This document shows, one piece after another, positions 36,901-48,400 of a DNA stretch of 64,000 nucleotides; position 1 is the first letter of the stretch, and every line of letters starts with the position of its first letter. The stretch is from Azolla caroliniana (Eukaryota; Plantae; Polypodiophyta), in contig JBHGNT010000011.1 of assembly GCA_043228905.1 (NCBI GenBank), positions 9,858,001 through 9,922,000 of the forward strand. Reading direction: 5' to 3'. Made by a program: the position numbers and the translations under genes. Under the pieces are notes generated by a model. It was not told where the DNA came from. It did not search any database and worked only from the letters and a program-made list of their open reading frames with translations.

Positions 36901-39900
36901 AAGCCTCGGTAATCAATGACGAGACGAAGGGATCCATCTTTCTTTTTTACAAAGAAAATGGGTGCACCGGCCGGAGATTTCGAATGACGAATAAAGCCGC
37001 TTGCCAAATTCTCTTCTATGTAGGCTCGAACGACTTCCAACTCGGTTGGTGACAAGTTGTAAATTGGTCCCCATGGTGGCTCTGTTCCTGGTTGTAAATC
37101 GATGGGACAATCATAGGGACGATGATGAGGAAGAGTACCAGCTCTGACCTTGTCAAATACATCAGCATAAGGATGATATTTCGTGGGAAGTTGAACTAAG
37201 GATTCCTTTTTAATAGTGTTGGAAGGATGTATTGATATTGCAAATAGAAACATTGACTCCTTGCATCCTTCTTCACGTAATTGATAGAGCGAAATGGTCG
37301 AAACTTGATGAGTAGATTGTCGGGGTTGTTGATACCAGACTTCTCTTGTTCTCCAATCTATGTCTGGATTATGTACTTCAAACCAAGGTAATCCCGGGAT
37401 AATGGGATGCTCTGGACTACTAATTATATTAAATGATACCACACACACAAAGCTATCTAGGACAACCTGAATGGGTTCGGACTCTTCTACGATATTCCCA
37501 GAAGCAATAGGATGACCATCAATGACTACTACAGATGCGACGCAAGTAAGTTTTCTTAAGGATATCTGAGAAGCTTGGGCAAAATTCTGATCCATGAAAC
37601 AGGAATTGGCTCCGGAATCTAAAAGTGCTAAGACATGTACTAGAGGGGTACTTTTAGTACTAATCATGACTTGGGCTAAGAACACATTGTTACCTTGCTT
37701 AGAGGGAATGGAACCACTAATGGGTTGCACAGATCTAGGGTTGTCCAACCAAACGGCTCCTATTTTAGCTGGACTTAGTTGTTTAACTCTTCTTGTAATT
37801 GACTAAGGATTTCAATCTTGTTTGAGATACTTGGGCTATCAGTACTATTAATACTATCAGACACTCCTAAGGGAATTGACTTGGGTTTAGTACAAGCTAT
37901 GATTTGATTTACCTATCTTCTTGGCCTATGGGGACAGTTGATGGTGATATGCCCTGGTCCACCGCAATAAAGACATAATCGATTTGCAGGTCGTTGTTGC
38001 TTTTCTTCTTTCGGTAACGGGCCACGTCGACGCATGGTGTCGAACTCCATCGGCATCAGAGTATTTGTCTGAGATACATCTCGTGCAACTGGTTTAGCTG
38101 CGACTGGTTTAACCGCTTGATTGTTGCATCGGACTGCTCGATTGATTGCCTCTGTAAGAGATTTTCGTTCTTCGGGAAAGGTTAAAAGTAGATCTTTGAT
38201 GTGATTTCGCAGGCCGTAGCGGAACTGCTCCATTAGTGCTTGATAATCCCACGGGATATCTGAGGCGAGTAGACGGAAATCCGCCGCGTAGGCAGAGGCT
38301 GGATGATCACCTTGACGCAATCGTTAGATTTTGTTGATCACTGTCCTGATGTTGTTAGTATCTCCCAAGCAAGCTTTAAACTCGCTAATAAAGTCTTCAA
38401 AGTTATTAAGCAAGGGAGATTGTTTTTCCAAAAGTGGAGCAAACCATGCCAAGGCTGAACCGTTGAGCAACATGCCTATTGCCTACTTGGGATGCCTATT
38501 GCCTATGTATTACAACAGATAATGTAATGGTCAAGAGCTCGACCCATATAACATAAGGTTATGGGTTCGAGTCTTTCCATATCCAGAGCTGCAACTTACG
38601 AGCTATGGTACTCATGGTGAAAATCTTCCTCATATTTCCCCAAGCCTCCTTCGGCGTTTTTCCATCCTTTATGTAGCCAAGCATTTGGTCGTGCACACAG
38701 GACGTGAGGCAGTACAATACTCGGCTCGCTCCTTGCTCGCATACCGGGAAGTCCACGTGTGCCGGCTCCGGCGCTACCTCGTTCGTTCCTTCCACGAAGC
38801 TCCAATATCCATACCCCAACAGGTACTGGTGCATCTTGTATGACCAGGACGTGTAGTTGCTCCGGTTGAGCTTCTCTATTGGAAGTGAATTCGCCATTCC
38901 TCTGTCCATATCTTCTCTCTGTCTGTTGTTACCGGGTTCTAGGGTTCGTCTACGAAAACATGTGTTGGGTGCAGAGGTTCTCAACCCTCACGCTCTGATA
39001 CCATGTGAATGTTAACGTGCGGAAGTGTTAGACGGAACCGGCTTAGCCGGATAACAACAGAGAATAAGATGAAGGTTTAATGGAGAAGCTTAATACACAG
39101 AGAGTATATGCGGGAGAGATAGAGAGAGCAGAACGTAAATGTAGATTCAAAAATAATAATAACTTTGTCTCTGTACATACAACGTGCTAAACAACACTAT
39201 TTATACAAGTCCATAAAAGGACTGACAGGCACTTCAATATTCCTACGTGCGACTGACACTAACTATGAGACAATGATTACCTAGTAGTCTAGGCTACTAC
39301 TAGGCTTCTGGTTCCCGCTCGAATCCGGCTCTCTGATCCGGCCGGGTGTATCCGAATACCGATCCCGCTCTTGTTTCCGGATGCCGATCCGGCTCTCCAT
39401 TTCGGATACCGATCCGGCTCTAGCTTATTCAGTCGATCCGGATCCGCTTGAGCTTGCTCGCTCAACAGAGTCGAAGAGCCATCCCTTAGTCCGTGGCTTT
39501 TGAAAGTATGCCTGGTGGCATTGTCTCTCTAAAAGTGAGAGGGATGCATACCCTCTCGTTAGCCTATCTTTGGTTGCATGGTTTATGAGAGAGGAGTAGG
39601 TAACATTTACTCCTAACTCCTGACGATGTATGAAAGATAAGGACTTTAGTTTTCGCTAGATTCACTACCAATCCTCGTTGAGATTCACTACCAATCCTTG
39701 TTGTGTGCAAAAGTCATATAGGGCATTAAGATGCTTTTGCAGGTCGTGTTCAGACTCCGAGAGCAAGACAATGTCATTTGCATAGATTAAGAGACAAACT
39801 TGCGTACCCCCAATAGTTATTCCATTGCCTCCCTTACGAGCACTAAAATCAGTGATCTCATCAATGTAGATCCCAAAAAGATGTTGGGAGACAGGTCCCT

Positions 39901-40057
39901 CCGGATGGGAAGGGAGAAGAACAGTGCTGATGAGCAAACTCGGCCGAGGCCAATAGGCCGAGGCCGAAACCGGATGAGGAGTACCCGGCTACGGAGAGCC
40001 GGATGATGCAGACCCGATGAGAACCGGATGAGGAGTACCCGGCTACGGAGAGCCGGA

Positions 40058-43000
40058 TGTTGGGATTTCGGTCCCTCCGGATGGGATGTCCCCGGAGATA
40101 AATGACGGCAAGCCGGTTACGGTTACGGAGCCGGATGCTGAAGACCCCGGTTACGGAGCCGGATGCTGAAAACCCCGGTTACGGAGCCGGATGCTGAAAA
40201 CCCCGGTTACGAAGCCGGATGACGAATGTACCCGGAGAGAGATCCGGATGCGGGGACATATTTGTGAATATGTTTGCTAAGAGCCCTTGAGGCTATATTT
40301 GTAATAGCCCGAAAGTCATATGTGTATAAATATGACTTAGGGCAGACAGTTTATGTTGTTGCTCATTTTTATACGAAGTGAGAGCAGCCGAGAGAGAGAG
40401 ACAGAGAGACAGAGAGAGAGGAAGAGGTTGTTGCCTCTGTGTATTACCGCCGCCTGTGGCGAAGACAGTGAGCTCAAGGTTGTTGCCTGGTAGCTTCACC
40501 AGTGTATATCCCTGTTCATAGTGATAGTTGGAGTTTGAGGACTCCCGTGGTTTTTTCCCATTTAGGGTTTTCCACGTAAAATATCCAGTGTACCCTTTCT
40601 CTCTATTGTCCTCGTGCACTTTGTATTCCCCGTTTTCTGTGAGTAGATCATAGCCGGTGAGCTGTGGCCGAGCGCTGTCTACAACAAGTGGTATCAGAGC
40701 AACGATAACACAGAAAATGGAAGGCGGCGGTAGTGGGCCTCCGGGCATGATGGTGTTGAACTCACAGAACTACGCCGACTGGAAGATAAAGATGGAAGAC
40801 CTTCTCATCGTCCGAGACCTGTACGAACCGATCGACAATGCCGAGATACCCAAGGGAGTAATAGAGTCGGAGTGGAAGCTCCTGAACCGGAAAGCCGTAG
40901 CGACGATCCGGCAATATGTCGATGTAAGCGTCCTACAACATGTGGCGAACGACACCAACGCATATGAGATGTGGAAGAAGCTGTCGGGCCTCTACGAGAG
41001 GGAGAATGCGTTGAACCGGACCTCCCTGATGAGGAAGATAGTGAACCTCAAGTACCGGGACAGCGAGAATATGGTGGAACACGTGAGCACGTTCATGGGA
41101 TTCGTGAACCAGCTTGCGGCGATCAAGTTCCCGTTGGAGGATGCAATGCAAGCCATCATTCTGATGTGTACATTGCCGGACAGCTGGGAGAACTTGGTGG
41201 TGACTCTCAGCACCTCCTGCACCGAAGATAACTTGTCCCTACAAACGGTAAAGACAAGTATCTTGAACGAAGAAGCGCGTCGGAGAGATAAAGAACCGGC
41301 CTCCGACTCGAAGGCGCTGGTTACCGAATCGGAACGGGGAAGACAATGGAACCGGAGTCCGCAAAGACGGGAGAAGTCGGGGACCCGGTCGCAGTCAAGA
41401 GGAAGACCCACATGCTTCCACTGTGGGAAGCCGGGGCACTTCCGGAAGAATTGTCGGCATTACCGAAAGGACAACGGAGCCGACGACACCGATTCGAAGA
41501 AGTCACCGGAGAGAAACGGTGCATACCGGGGAGCCACGAACCGGAGAGGTCCGGATCGGCGAGGGCAGGACCGGAAAGGAACAACGGCACTCGCGGCAAG
41601 TGAAGAAGAGATAATGCTCATTACCGAAGAGAGGGAGCTGAACCTTGCCAGTGAAGAGATGACCTGGGTGGTCGATTCCGGAGCGTCGTTCCACCTGACC
41701 CCGGAGAAGAAATACTTCTCATCCTACACAGCCGGTGAGCACGGCTGTGTCCGGATGGGAAATGAAGGTACATGCCGGATTGTCGGCATAGGAGACGTGT
41801 GGCTGATGACATCAACCGGATGCAAGATGCTGCTGAAGGATGTTCGACACGTTCCGGAGGTTCGATTGAACCTGATTTCGGCCGGGAGGCTAGACGATGA
41901 AGGCTACACAAGTAGCATCCGGAACGGCGTAATGAAGTTCAGCAAGGGGAGCCTGATAGTGGCTCGGGCCCGGAAAGCCAACACACTGTACCTTATGAAT
42001 GCCCGGTTATGTCCGGAAGAGCTGAATGTGGCAGCCGACACTGCCGGTGAGCTGTGGCACAAGAGACTGTGCCACATGAGTGAGAAGGGGATGAAGAGGC
42101 TTGCAGAAGACAACCTTATTCCAGTGAAGCATGTGCACCTGGAGAAGTGCACCGATTGCCTGGCCGGTAAGCAGAACCGAACCTCCTTCCACTCAAGACC
42201 ACCGATGAGACGTAGTGTACCATTGGAGTTGGTACACACTGATGTGTGTCAGGTAGAAACGAAGTCACATGGCGGAGCCCAGTACTTCGTAACATTCATA
42301 GATGACCATAGCCGGAAGCTGTGGATGGCACCGTTGAAGACAAAGGACCAAGTATTGTCTGTCTTCAAAGAACTCCACGCGAGAGTGGAAAGGGAATCCG
42401 GCAAGAAGCTGAAAGCGATACGAGCGGATAACGGAGGGGAATACCGGGGGCAGTTCCAGGAGTACTGTCGCTCGAAGGGAATCCGGCTCGAGTTTACTGT
42501 GCCGAAGACGCCGGAACTGAACGGGCTGGCGGAGAGGATGAACCGGACCATAATGGAGAGGGTCCGGAGTATGCTGGCACATGCGAAATTACCCAAGGGA
42601 TTTTGGGCTGAGGCAATGTCGACGGCGACGTATGTGATAAATAGATCACCCTCAGTACCTTTGGACGGAGACACGCCGCAGAAAGTGTGGACCGGTAAGG
42701 AAGTGTCCTACCGGCATCTGAAGGTGTTCGGGTGCCTCGCATATGTGCATGTGGCCAAGGACCGGAGAGGAAAGCTAGATCCAAAGACCCGGCCATGCAT
42801 ATTCCTCGGTTACGGCGATAACGAGTTCGGCTACCGAGTATGGGACCCGGTCGACAAGAAGATATTCCGGAGTCGTGATATCATCTTCATGGAGAACAAG
42901 ACACTCGCCGACTGGGAGTCGGAGAAGAAGATGAAGAGCTCCAAGTCGACCGGTGAGGATCAACTCTACGAGGAGCAGTCCCGACCGGCAAGGGACCGGT

Positions 43001-45431
43001 TAGCACTCGAGGATCCGGCCGAAGACGGTGAAGAAACAGAACCGGCCGAAGAAGATGAAAATGATACCGGAACCGGCCCCGATCCCGAAATGGATTCGGA
43101 TGAAGAAGAATCGGAAGAACCGGTTACCGAAGCTCCGGAATGGAGATATCCTCTAAGAGAGAGAAGGGCCCCCCGGAGATTTCCGGAACCAGAGCACGTG
43201 TTGCTAACCGACGAGGGGGAGCCGGAGAGCTTTGAAGAAGCAAAGCATGACACCCAGAGCCGCAAGTGGTTAAGTGCCATGCAAGAGGAGATGGATTCCC
43301 TGCATGAGAACCACACATATGAACTTGTGGAGTTGCCGAAAGGAAAACGGGCACTCCGTAACAAGTGGGTGTTCAAGCTGAAACCGGGAGATGCCGGAAA
43401 CCCCCCGAGATACAAAGCCAGGATCGTGGTGAAGGGGTTTCAGCAGAAGAAGGGCGTCGACTTCAACGAGATATTTGCCCCGGTAGTGAAGATGACCTCC
43501 ATCCGGACGGTGCTGAGCATAGCGGCAAGCATGGACCTCGAGGTAGAACAGATGGACGTGAAGACGGCATTCCTTCACGGTGACCTCGAGGAAGAGATCT
43601 ACATGCAGCAACCGGAAGGATTCGAGAAGAAAGAGAAGGAGCACCTGGTATGCCGGTTGAAGAAGAGCCTTTACGGACTGAAGCAGGCTCCCCGGCAATG
43701 GTACCGGAAGTTCGACTCCTTCATGACCGACGAAGGGTACCTCAAAACGCAGTCCGACCACTGCGTGTTTGTGAAGAAGTTCGAAGGAGGAGACTCTCTA
43801 ATACTCCTCCTGTACGTGGACGACATGTTGATCGTCGGACGGGACCAGGTCAAGATACGGATGCTGAAGAAGGCTCTTCACCGAACCTTCTCAATGAAGG
43901 ACCTGGGTCCGGCGAGGCAAATATTAGGGATGCACATCATCCGGGACCGGAAGAAGAAGCAGTTGTGGCTGTCACAGGAGAAGTACGTGACGAAGGTGCT
44001 TCACCGGTTCAACATGTCGGAAGCAAGACCGGTCGGATCGACCCTCCCGGCAAACTGCAAGCTGTCCAGCAAGCAAAGTCCCAAGACAAAGGCTGAAAAG
44101 GAGGACATGATGAAAGCACCATATGCCTCTGCTGTCGGAAGCTTGATGTACGCAATGGTGTGTACAAGACCGGACATAGGATATGCAGTCGGAGTGGTGA
44201 GCCGGTACATGAGCAATCCCGGCAAGGAGCACTGGAACGCGGTCAAGTGGATACTCCGATACCTGAAGGGCACGGCAAACGTGTGCCTCCGATTCGGCTC
44301 CGGTAAGCCCGAACTCGACGGCTTCACCGATTCGGATATGTCGGCTGATGCAGATACCAGCCGGTCCACATCAGGGTATGTGATGACGTATGCAGGGGGA
44401 GCTGTTTCATGGCAGTCGAGGCTGCAGAAGACGGTTGCGTTGTCAACCACGGAGGCGGAGTACATGGCGGCTGTTGAAGCCGGCAAGGAAATAATATGGA
44501 TGAAGGATTTCATTAGAGAGCTCGGTATCCGGCAGGAGGAGTACCGACTCTACTGTGACAGTCAGAGTGCCATCCACCTTGCGAAGAACGTGGCCTACCA
44601 TTCCCGGACGAAACATATCCAGCGTAGATACCACTGGATCCGGGAGAGGATAGAAGACGAGGAGTTCGTGCTGACGAAGATCCACACGGACGAGAACGGG
44701 TCGGATATGCTGACCAAGGTGCTCACACCCGACAAGCTGGAAGCATGCCGGAAGAGGATTGGATTGGAGAGACATCCCATGCCGAAGTGAAGGGGGAGTT
44801 TGTTGGGATTTCGGTCCCTCCGGATGGGATGTCCCCGGAGATAAATGACGGCAAGCCGGTTACGGTTACGGAGCCGGATGCTGAAGACCCCGGTTACGGA
44901 GCCGGATGCTGAAAACCCCGGTTACGGAGCCGGATGCTGAAAACCCCGGTTACGAAGCCAGATGACGAATGTACCCGGAGAGAGAGATCCGGATGCGGGG
45001 ACATATTTGTGAATATGTTTGCTAAGAGCCCTTGAGGCTATATTTGTAATAGCCCGAAAGTCATATGTGTATAAATATGACTTAGGGCAGACAGTTTATG
45101 TTGTTGCTCATTTTTATACGAAGTGAGAGCAGCCGAGAGAGAGAGACAGAGAGACAGAGAGAGAGGAAGAGGTTGTTGCCTCTGTGTATTACCGCCGCCT
45201 GTGGCGAAGACAGTGAGCTCAAGGTTGTTGCCTGGTAGCTTCACCAGTGTATATCCCTGTTCATAGTGATAGTTGGAGTTTGAGGACTCCCGTGGTTTTT
45301 TCCCATTTAGGGTTTTCCACGTAAAATATCCAGTGTACCCTTTCTCTCTATTGTCCTCGTGCACTTTGTATTCCCCGTTTTCTGTGAGTAGATCATAGCC
45401 GGTGAGCTGTGGCCGAGCGCTGTCTACAACA
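40058..45431 (+). mobile_element. Intact, very young Ty1/Copia (Tnt1/Tork-like) retrotransposon
   Basis: LTRs 40058-40686 and 44801-45431 differ by about one substitution and one AG slip by eye. PBS TGGTATCAGAGC (40689-40700), PPT GAAGGGGGAG, exact TSD CCGGA. Confidence 0.97.
40717..44790 (+). CDS. gag-pol: Copia gag-pol polyprotein, 1357 aa, uninterrupted
   Basis: CFHCGKPGHFRKNC knuckle, WVVDSGAS protease, WHKRLCH...CTDC zinc motif, integrase core (VHTD, RADNGGE, NGLAER), GRLD-like/KLDPK, RT QMDVKTAFLHG and YVDD, RNase H DSD and STTEAEY. Confidence 0.97.
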   Translation: MEGGGSGPPGMMVLNSQNYADWKIKMEDLLIVRDLYEPIDNAEIPKGVIESEWKLLNRKAVATIRQYVDVSVLQHVANDTNAYEMWKKLSGLYERENALNRTSLMRKIVNLKYRDSENMVEHVSTFMGFVNQLAAIKFPLEDAMQAIILMCTLPDSWENLVVTLSTSCTEDNLSLQTVKTSILNEEARRRDKEPASDSKALVTESERGRQWNRSPQRREKSGTRSQSRGRPTCFHCGKPGHFRKNCRHYRKDNGADDTDSKKSPERNGAYRGATNRRGPDRRGQDRKGTTALAASEEEIMLITEERELNLASEEMTWVVDSGASFHLTPEKKYFSSYTAGEHGCVRMGNEGTCRIVGIGDVWLMTSTGCKMLLKDVRHVPEVRLNLISAGRLDDEGYTSSIRNGVMKFSKGSLIVARARKANTLYLMNARLCPEELNVAADTAGELWHKRLCHMSEKGMKRLAEDNLIPVKHVHLEKCTDCLAGKQNRTSFHSRPPMRRSVPLELVHTDVCQVETKSHGGAQYFVTFIDDHSRKLWMAPLKTKDQVLSVFKELHARVERESGKKLKAIRADNGGEYRGQFQEYCRSKGIRLEFTVPKTPELNGLAERMNRTIMERVRSMLAHAKLPKGFWAEAMSTATYVINRSPSVPLDGDTPQKVWTGKEVSYRHLKVFGCLAYVHVAKDRRGKLDPKTRPCIFLGYGDNEFGYRVWDPVDKKIFRSRDIIFMENKTLADWESEKKMKSSKSTGEDQLYEEQSRPARDRLALEDPAEDGEETEPAEEDENDTGTGPDPEMDSDEEESEEPVTEAPEWRYPLRERRAPRRFPEPEHVLLTDEGEPESFEEAKHDTQSRKWLSAMQEEMDSLHENHTYELVELPKGKRALRNKWVFKLKPGDAGNPPRYKARIVVKGFQQKKGVDFNEIFAPVVKMTSIRTVLSIAASMDLEVEQMDVKTAFLHGDLEEEIYMQQPEGFEKKEKEHLVCRLKKSLYGLKQAPRQWYRKFDSFMTDEGYLKTQSDHCVFVKKFEGGDSLILLLYVDDMLIVGRDQVKIRMLKKALHRTFSMKDLGPARQILGMHIIRDRKKKQLWLSQEKYVTKVLHRFNMSEARPVGSTLPANCKLSSKQSPKTKAEKEDMMKAPYASAVGSLMYAMVCTRPDIGYAVGVVSRYMSNPGKEHWNAVKWILRYLKGTANVCLRFGSGKPELDGFTDSDMSADADTSRSTSGYVMTYAGGAVSWQSRLQKTVALSTTEAEYMAAVEAGKEIIWMKDFIRELGIRQEEYRLYCDSQSAIHLAKNVAYHSRTKHIQRRYHWIRERIEDEEFVLTKIHTDENGSDMLTKVLTPDKLEACRKRIGLERHPMPK

Positions 45432-48400
45432 CCGGATGATGCAGACATGGTGAGAACCGGATGAGGAGTACCCGGCTACGGAGAGCCGGATGGTGCAAAC
45501 CCGGTGAGAACCGGATGAGGAGTACCCGGCTACGGAGAGCCGGATGATGCAGACCCGGTGAGAACCGGATGAGGAGTACCCGGCTACGGAGAGCCGGATG
45601 GTGCAGACCCGATGAGAACCGGATGAGGAGTACCCGGCTACGGAGAGCCGGATGGTGCAAACCCGGTGAGGAGTGCTCACCGGATGAAGAGACATATTCG
45701 TAAATATGTTTTTGAGAGTCCACCATGGCTATATTTGTAAATAGCCGAAAAGTCATATTAGTATAAATATGACTTAGGGCAAACTTTTAAGTGTAGTTGT
45801 CATTCTTATTGGTGCAAGGAGAGAGAGAGCGTGTAACTGTGTACAGAGAGAGAGAGAGAAAGAGGTCGTTGCCTCTGTTGTAACTGCCGCCTGTGGCGAG
45901 GATTGTGAGCACGAGGTCGTTGCCTCCGTGAACTCACTGTTGTACATTCTAACATAGTGATAGTTTGCAGCCTGTGGGCTGCCATGGTTTTTCCCTCTTT
46001 GGGTTTTCCACGTAAACATCCTGTGTACTCTTCTCTTCTTCGTGTCGTGCTTTTATTTCCCGTTTTTTCTGTGTATGATTCTAAGCTCGGTTGTGGCCGA
46101 GCCTTGCATATAAGGAACGTGAGTTCCCGTCAAAAGAGTCAGTGATAGGGGGCAACCCTGTTTTACACCAATGGTATTGGTGAAGCAATCAGATAGGCCA
46201 CCTAGGCATAATTGGCCCAAATCATGTCATTTGGTATCACCAAGCTTTTAAGTCTATCAAACAACCCCTCCGTAGGAATTGTGTCAAATGCTTTGCGGAA
46301 ATCCACAAAGCAACAATATTGTTTCTTCTTACGAGCCTTCGTCTGGTCAATTAAGCACCTAAGTGTGAAGATATGGTCAATAGTGGAGAAGGCTCATCTA
46401 AAGCCAGGCTACTTAGGTGCTCGAAGACTTAATGTTTCCATATAATCGTTGAGCTCTGCTTCCATTACTACACCATATAGTTTAGCGACCATATGACCTA
46501 TCATAATGATCCTATATGTATTTGGGTCCATTGGGTCCCCTCCTTTATGTATAGGGGTCACTGTGTTCATGGGCCATTGTGGTGGAAAACCCTCGGCGAG
46601 GGCACCATTGAAGATTTGAGTGAGAAAGGGGGCTAGGCACTCTCAAGCATATATGATATGCTCGGCTCGCAATCCTGTGTGGTCCATGGATTTCCTATGT
46701 TGTAATTGTTTTATGACCTTCATGACTATAGAGGTCGTGAAAAGTGTCCCTATGGTAGGTCGAGATGTAGAAGGCATTGGAATGGGTGGTTGGTTCGGGA
46801 CATGGTAGAGTCTCTCTATATATGTCTGCCAAATATTGGGATCCTCGAAGGGTGTTAGTGGTCTTGGTTCCTGTAGTCTCTTCCATGCAAGGACGCAGTC
46901 CCTACTCATGAGCATGTGGTAGAGTTCCCAATATTGAGATGCTTCCCAAGCTCGTCTTTTACGACGTGTCATCTTGCGCATCTCTTTGCGAGCCTGTACT
47001 GAGGAAATAGTACCACTAAGTCACGACACTTTAAGTTGTCTATACAAGTCTCTACAATCCTCATCATACCACTTGTTTTGTGGCATAGACCTTGTTCTAC
47101 TGTGATTGGAGTGTTTCGTGTACGAGAAGCTACTAATTGTTGTTGAGTGAAGGATGTGCGTGAGTTCTGTAGTGAGGTTCTCTAAAGGCAAGGAAGAATC
47201 AGAGGAGAGATGGGCTTGAACATGTCGGGAGTAGATGTCAGAGAGCTCATGCGTGAAATGTATTATGGTGTGATGGTTTGGTTGACTAGAGTTGGTGGCG
47301 TTGGAGGTGTCGCATTTTAGCTCAAAGTATAGGAAGCTATGGTCTGCACCAATAGGACATGGGGCCACCCGGAAGGAGCTAACCATGTTGGTAGCTTCAG
47401 GGCGTCCTATTAAGTAATCAACTGTGTTTTCCCCTCCTCCATGTGGGAAACATGTGAGCTCTTCCGAGCCCGGCCACTTGGCTAACCCATTATATATGGT
47501 CATCTGGTGTTAACTTCCCAGTTCAAGCAGATGATGGCCAAAGCTTGTGGCGTACGCACCTTGATCTTTTGATGTACGTGTTATGCCTATGGCTAAAGGG
47601 TCGACATTCACCATTTCTAGGTTTTTATCCATCTGAAATATTGTGCATTGCCGGGATTGGGTTCTCACATTGAAATCTCCTACGAGGAAGACTTCCCCTT
47701 GAGAAGAATATTGGATTATGTCATCTGATAAAGGTTCGTATGGAGAAGGCCCATGTGGCGCTCCGTCATAAACTATACTCGCCTCTCCCACCATATTATA
47801 CCGGGATCCTTTCGGGGGGAAGTAACAAACGGCAATAAATATTGCCTGATTCTTGCGAGTGAGGACTTTCACCCACATAAAACGGGCTTCTAGGTCTGTC
47901 TTTAGTATTTCTATCCTATTATGTATCTCTCTCTGAAATAGTATCGCAACCCCTCCAGACCCTCTAGTAGTGTATCGACGTGAGGTTCGTCTAAAGATAG
48001 ATTCCCAACGAAAACCGTCAACTCGTGGCAGTCCTCAATTTGGACTTTGATGTGTTTCTACTAAGAAAAGTATATCAGATACCTTCAAAGTCTCCTCTTG
48101 ATGGCAAAGTATGTCCAAAGTGCATTGTTATAGTTCCATAAAGTCATCCTATATTGTATGTCACATGGGCCACACGCCATCAATTGGCGACACGATCATT
48201 TATTATCACACGTCCGTCTCGGTAAAAAGCACGATGCCCTTCTTTACGAGCTTGTATGACTCGTGGCATACAGGTTTTACGATGCTCAATTTGCATCTTG
48301 GTGAGGTCTTCATCGAGGTAGATAGGGTCCCCGCCCAATCCTCGAAGAATTGGTCTCTTTTTAAAAAATGTGATTCTAGATTCTAAGTCCTTAAACTGAA

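Larger units (their letters stand above)
29657..38584 (-). mobile_element. Chromovirus copy 2 (same family as 581-6376) inserted in the Copia gag
   Basis: 5' LTR remnant at about 38505-38584, gag 37913-38470, pol ORFs 36801-37748, 35943-36785, 35528-35887 and 34847-35509, a single chromodomain at about 34340-34530, PPT at 34288-34300. The 3' LTR (29657-34287) is interrupted. Confidence 0.92.
24871..39467 (-). mobile_element. Degenerate Ty1/Copia element inserted in the LINE, itself carrying nested insertions
   Basis: 5' LTR 39004-39467, PBS TGGTATCAGAGC (38992-39003), gag at 38585-38910 and 29300-29656, integrase at about 28041-29065, RT at about 25890-26690 (HQMDVKNVFLQG, LKKSLYSLKQAP), PPT 25311-25323, 3' LTR 24871-25310. 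TSD GAGTT/GAGTC. Confidence 0.92.
39970..45680 (+). repeat. 54-bp tandem array in the solo LTR (about 6 units: 39970-40057 and 45432-45680), split by the young Copia
   Basis: Unit CCGGATG(A/G)TGCAGACCCGGTGAGAACCGGATGAGGAGTACCCGGCTACGGAGAG, which appears as 18-aa repeats in the ORF track. Confidence 0.9.
39882..46132 (+). mobile_element. Solo LTR of a Copia family (about 870 bp without the insert), inserted in the LINE RT
   Basis: Termini TGTTGGGA...CCCGTCA with exact TSD AAAGA (39877-39881 and 46133-46137). Its sequence parallels the LTR of the nested element. Confidence 0.88.

Noticed and set aside
40770-44780. Antisense and alternative-frame ORFs within the Copia polyprotein
   Set aside because: Shadows of a GC-rich coding sequence with no independent motifs.
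45432-45680. CRISPR-like array
   Set aside because: The 54-bp units are contiguous with no unique spacers, lie inside a eukaryotic LTR and have no cas genes nearby.
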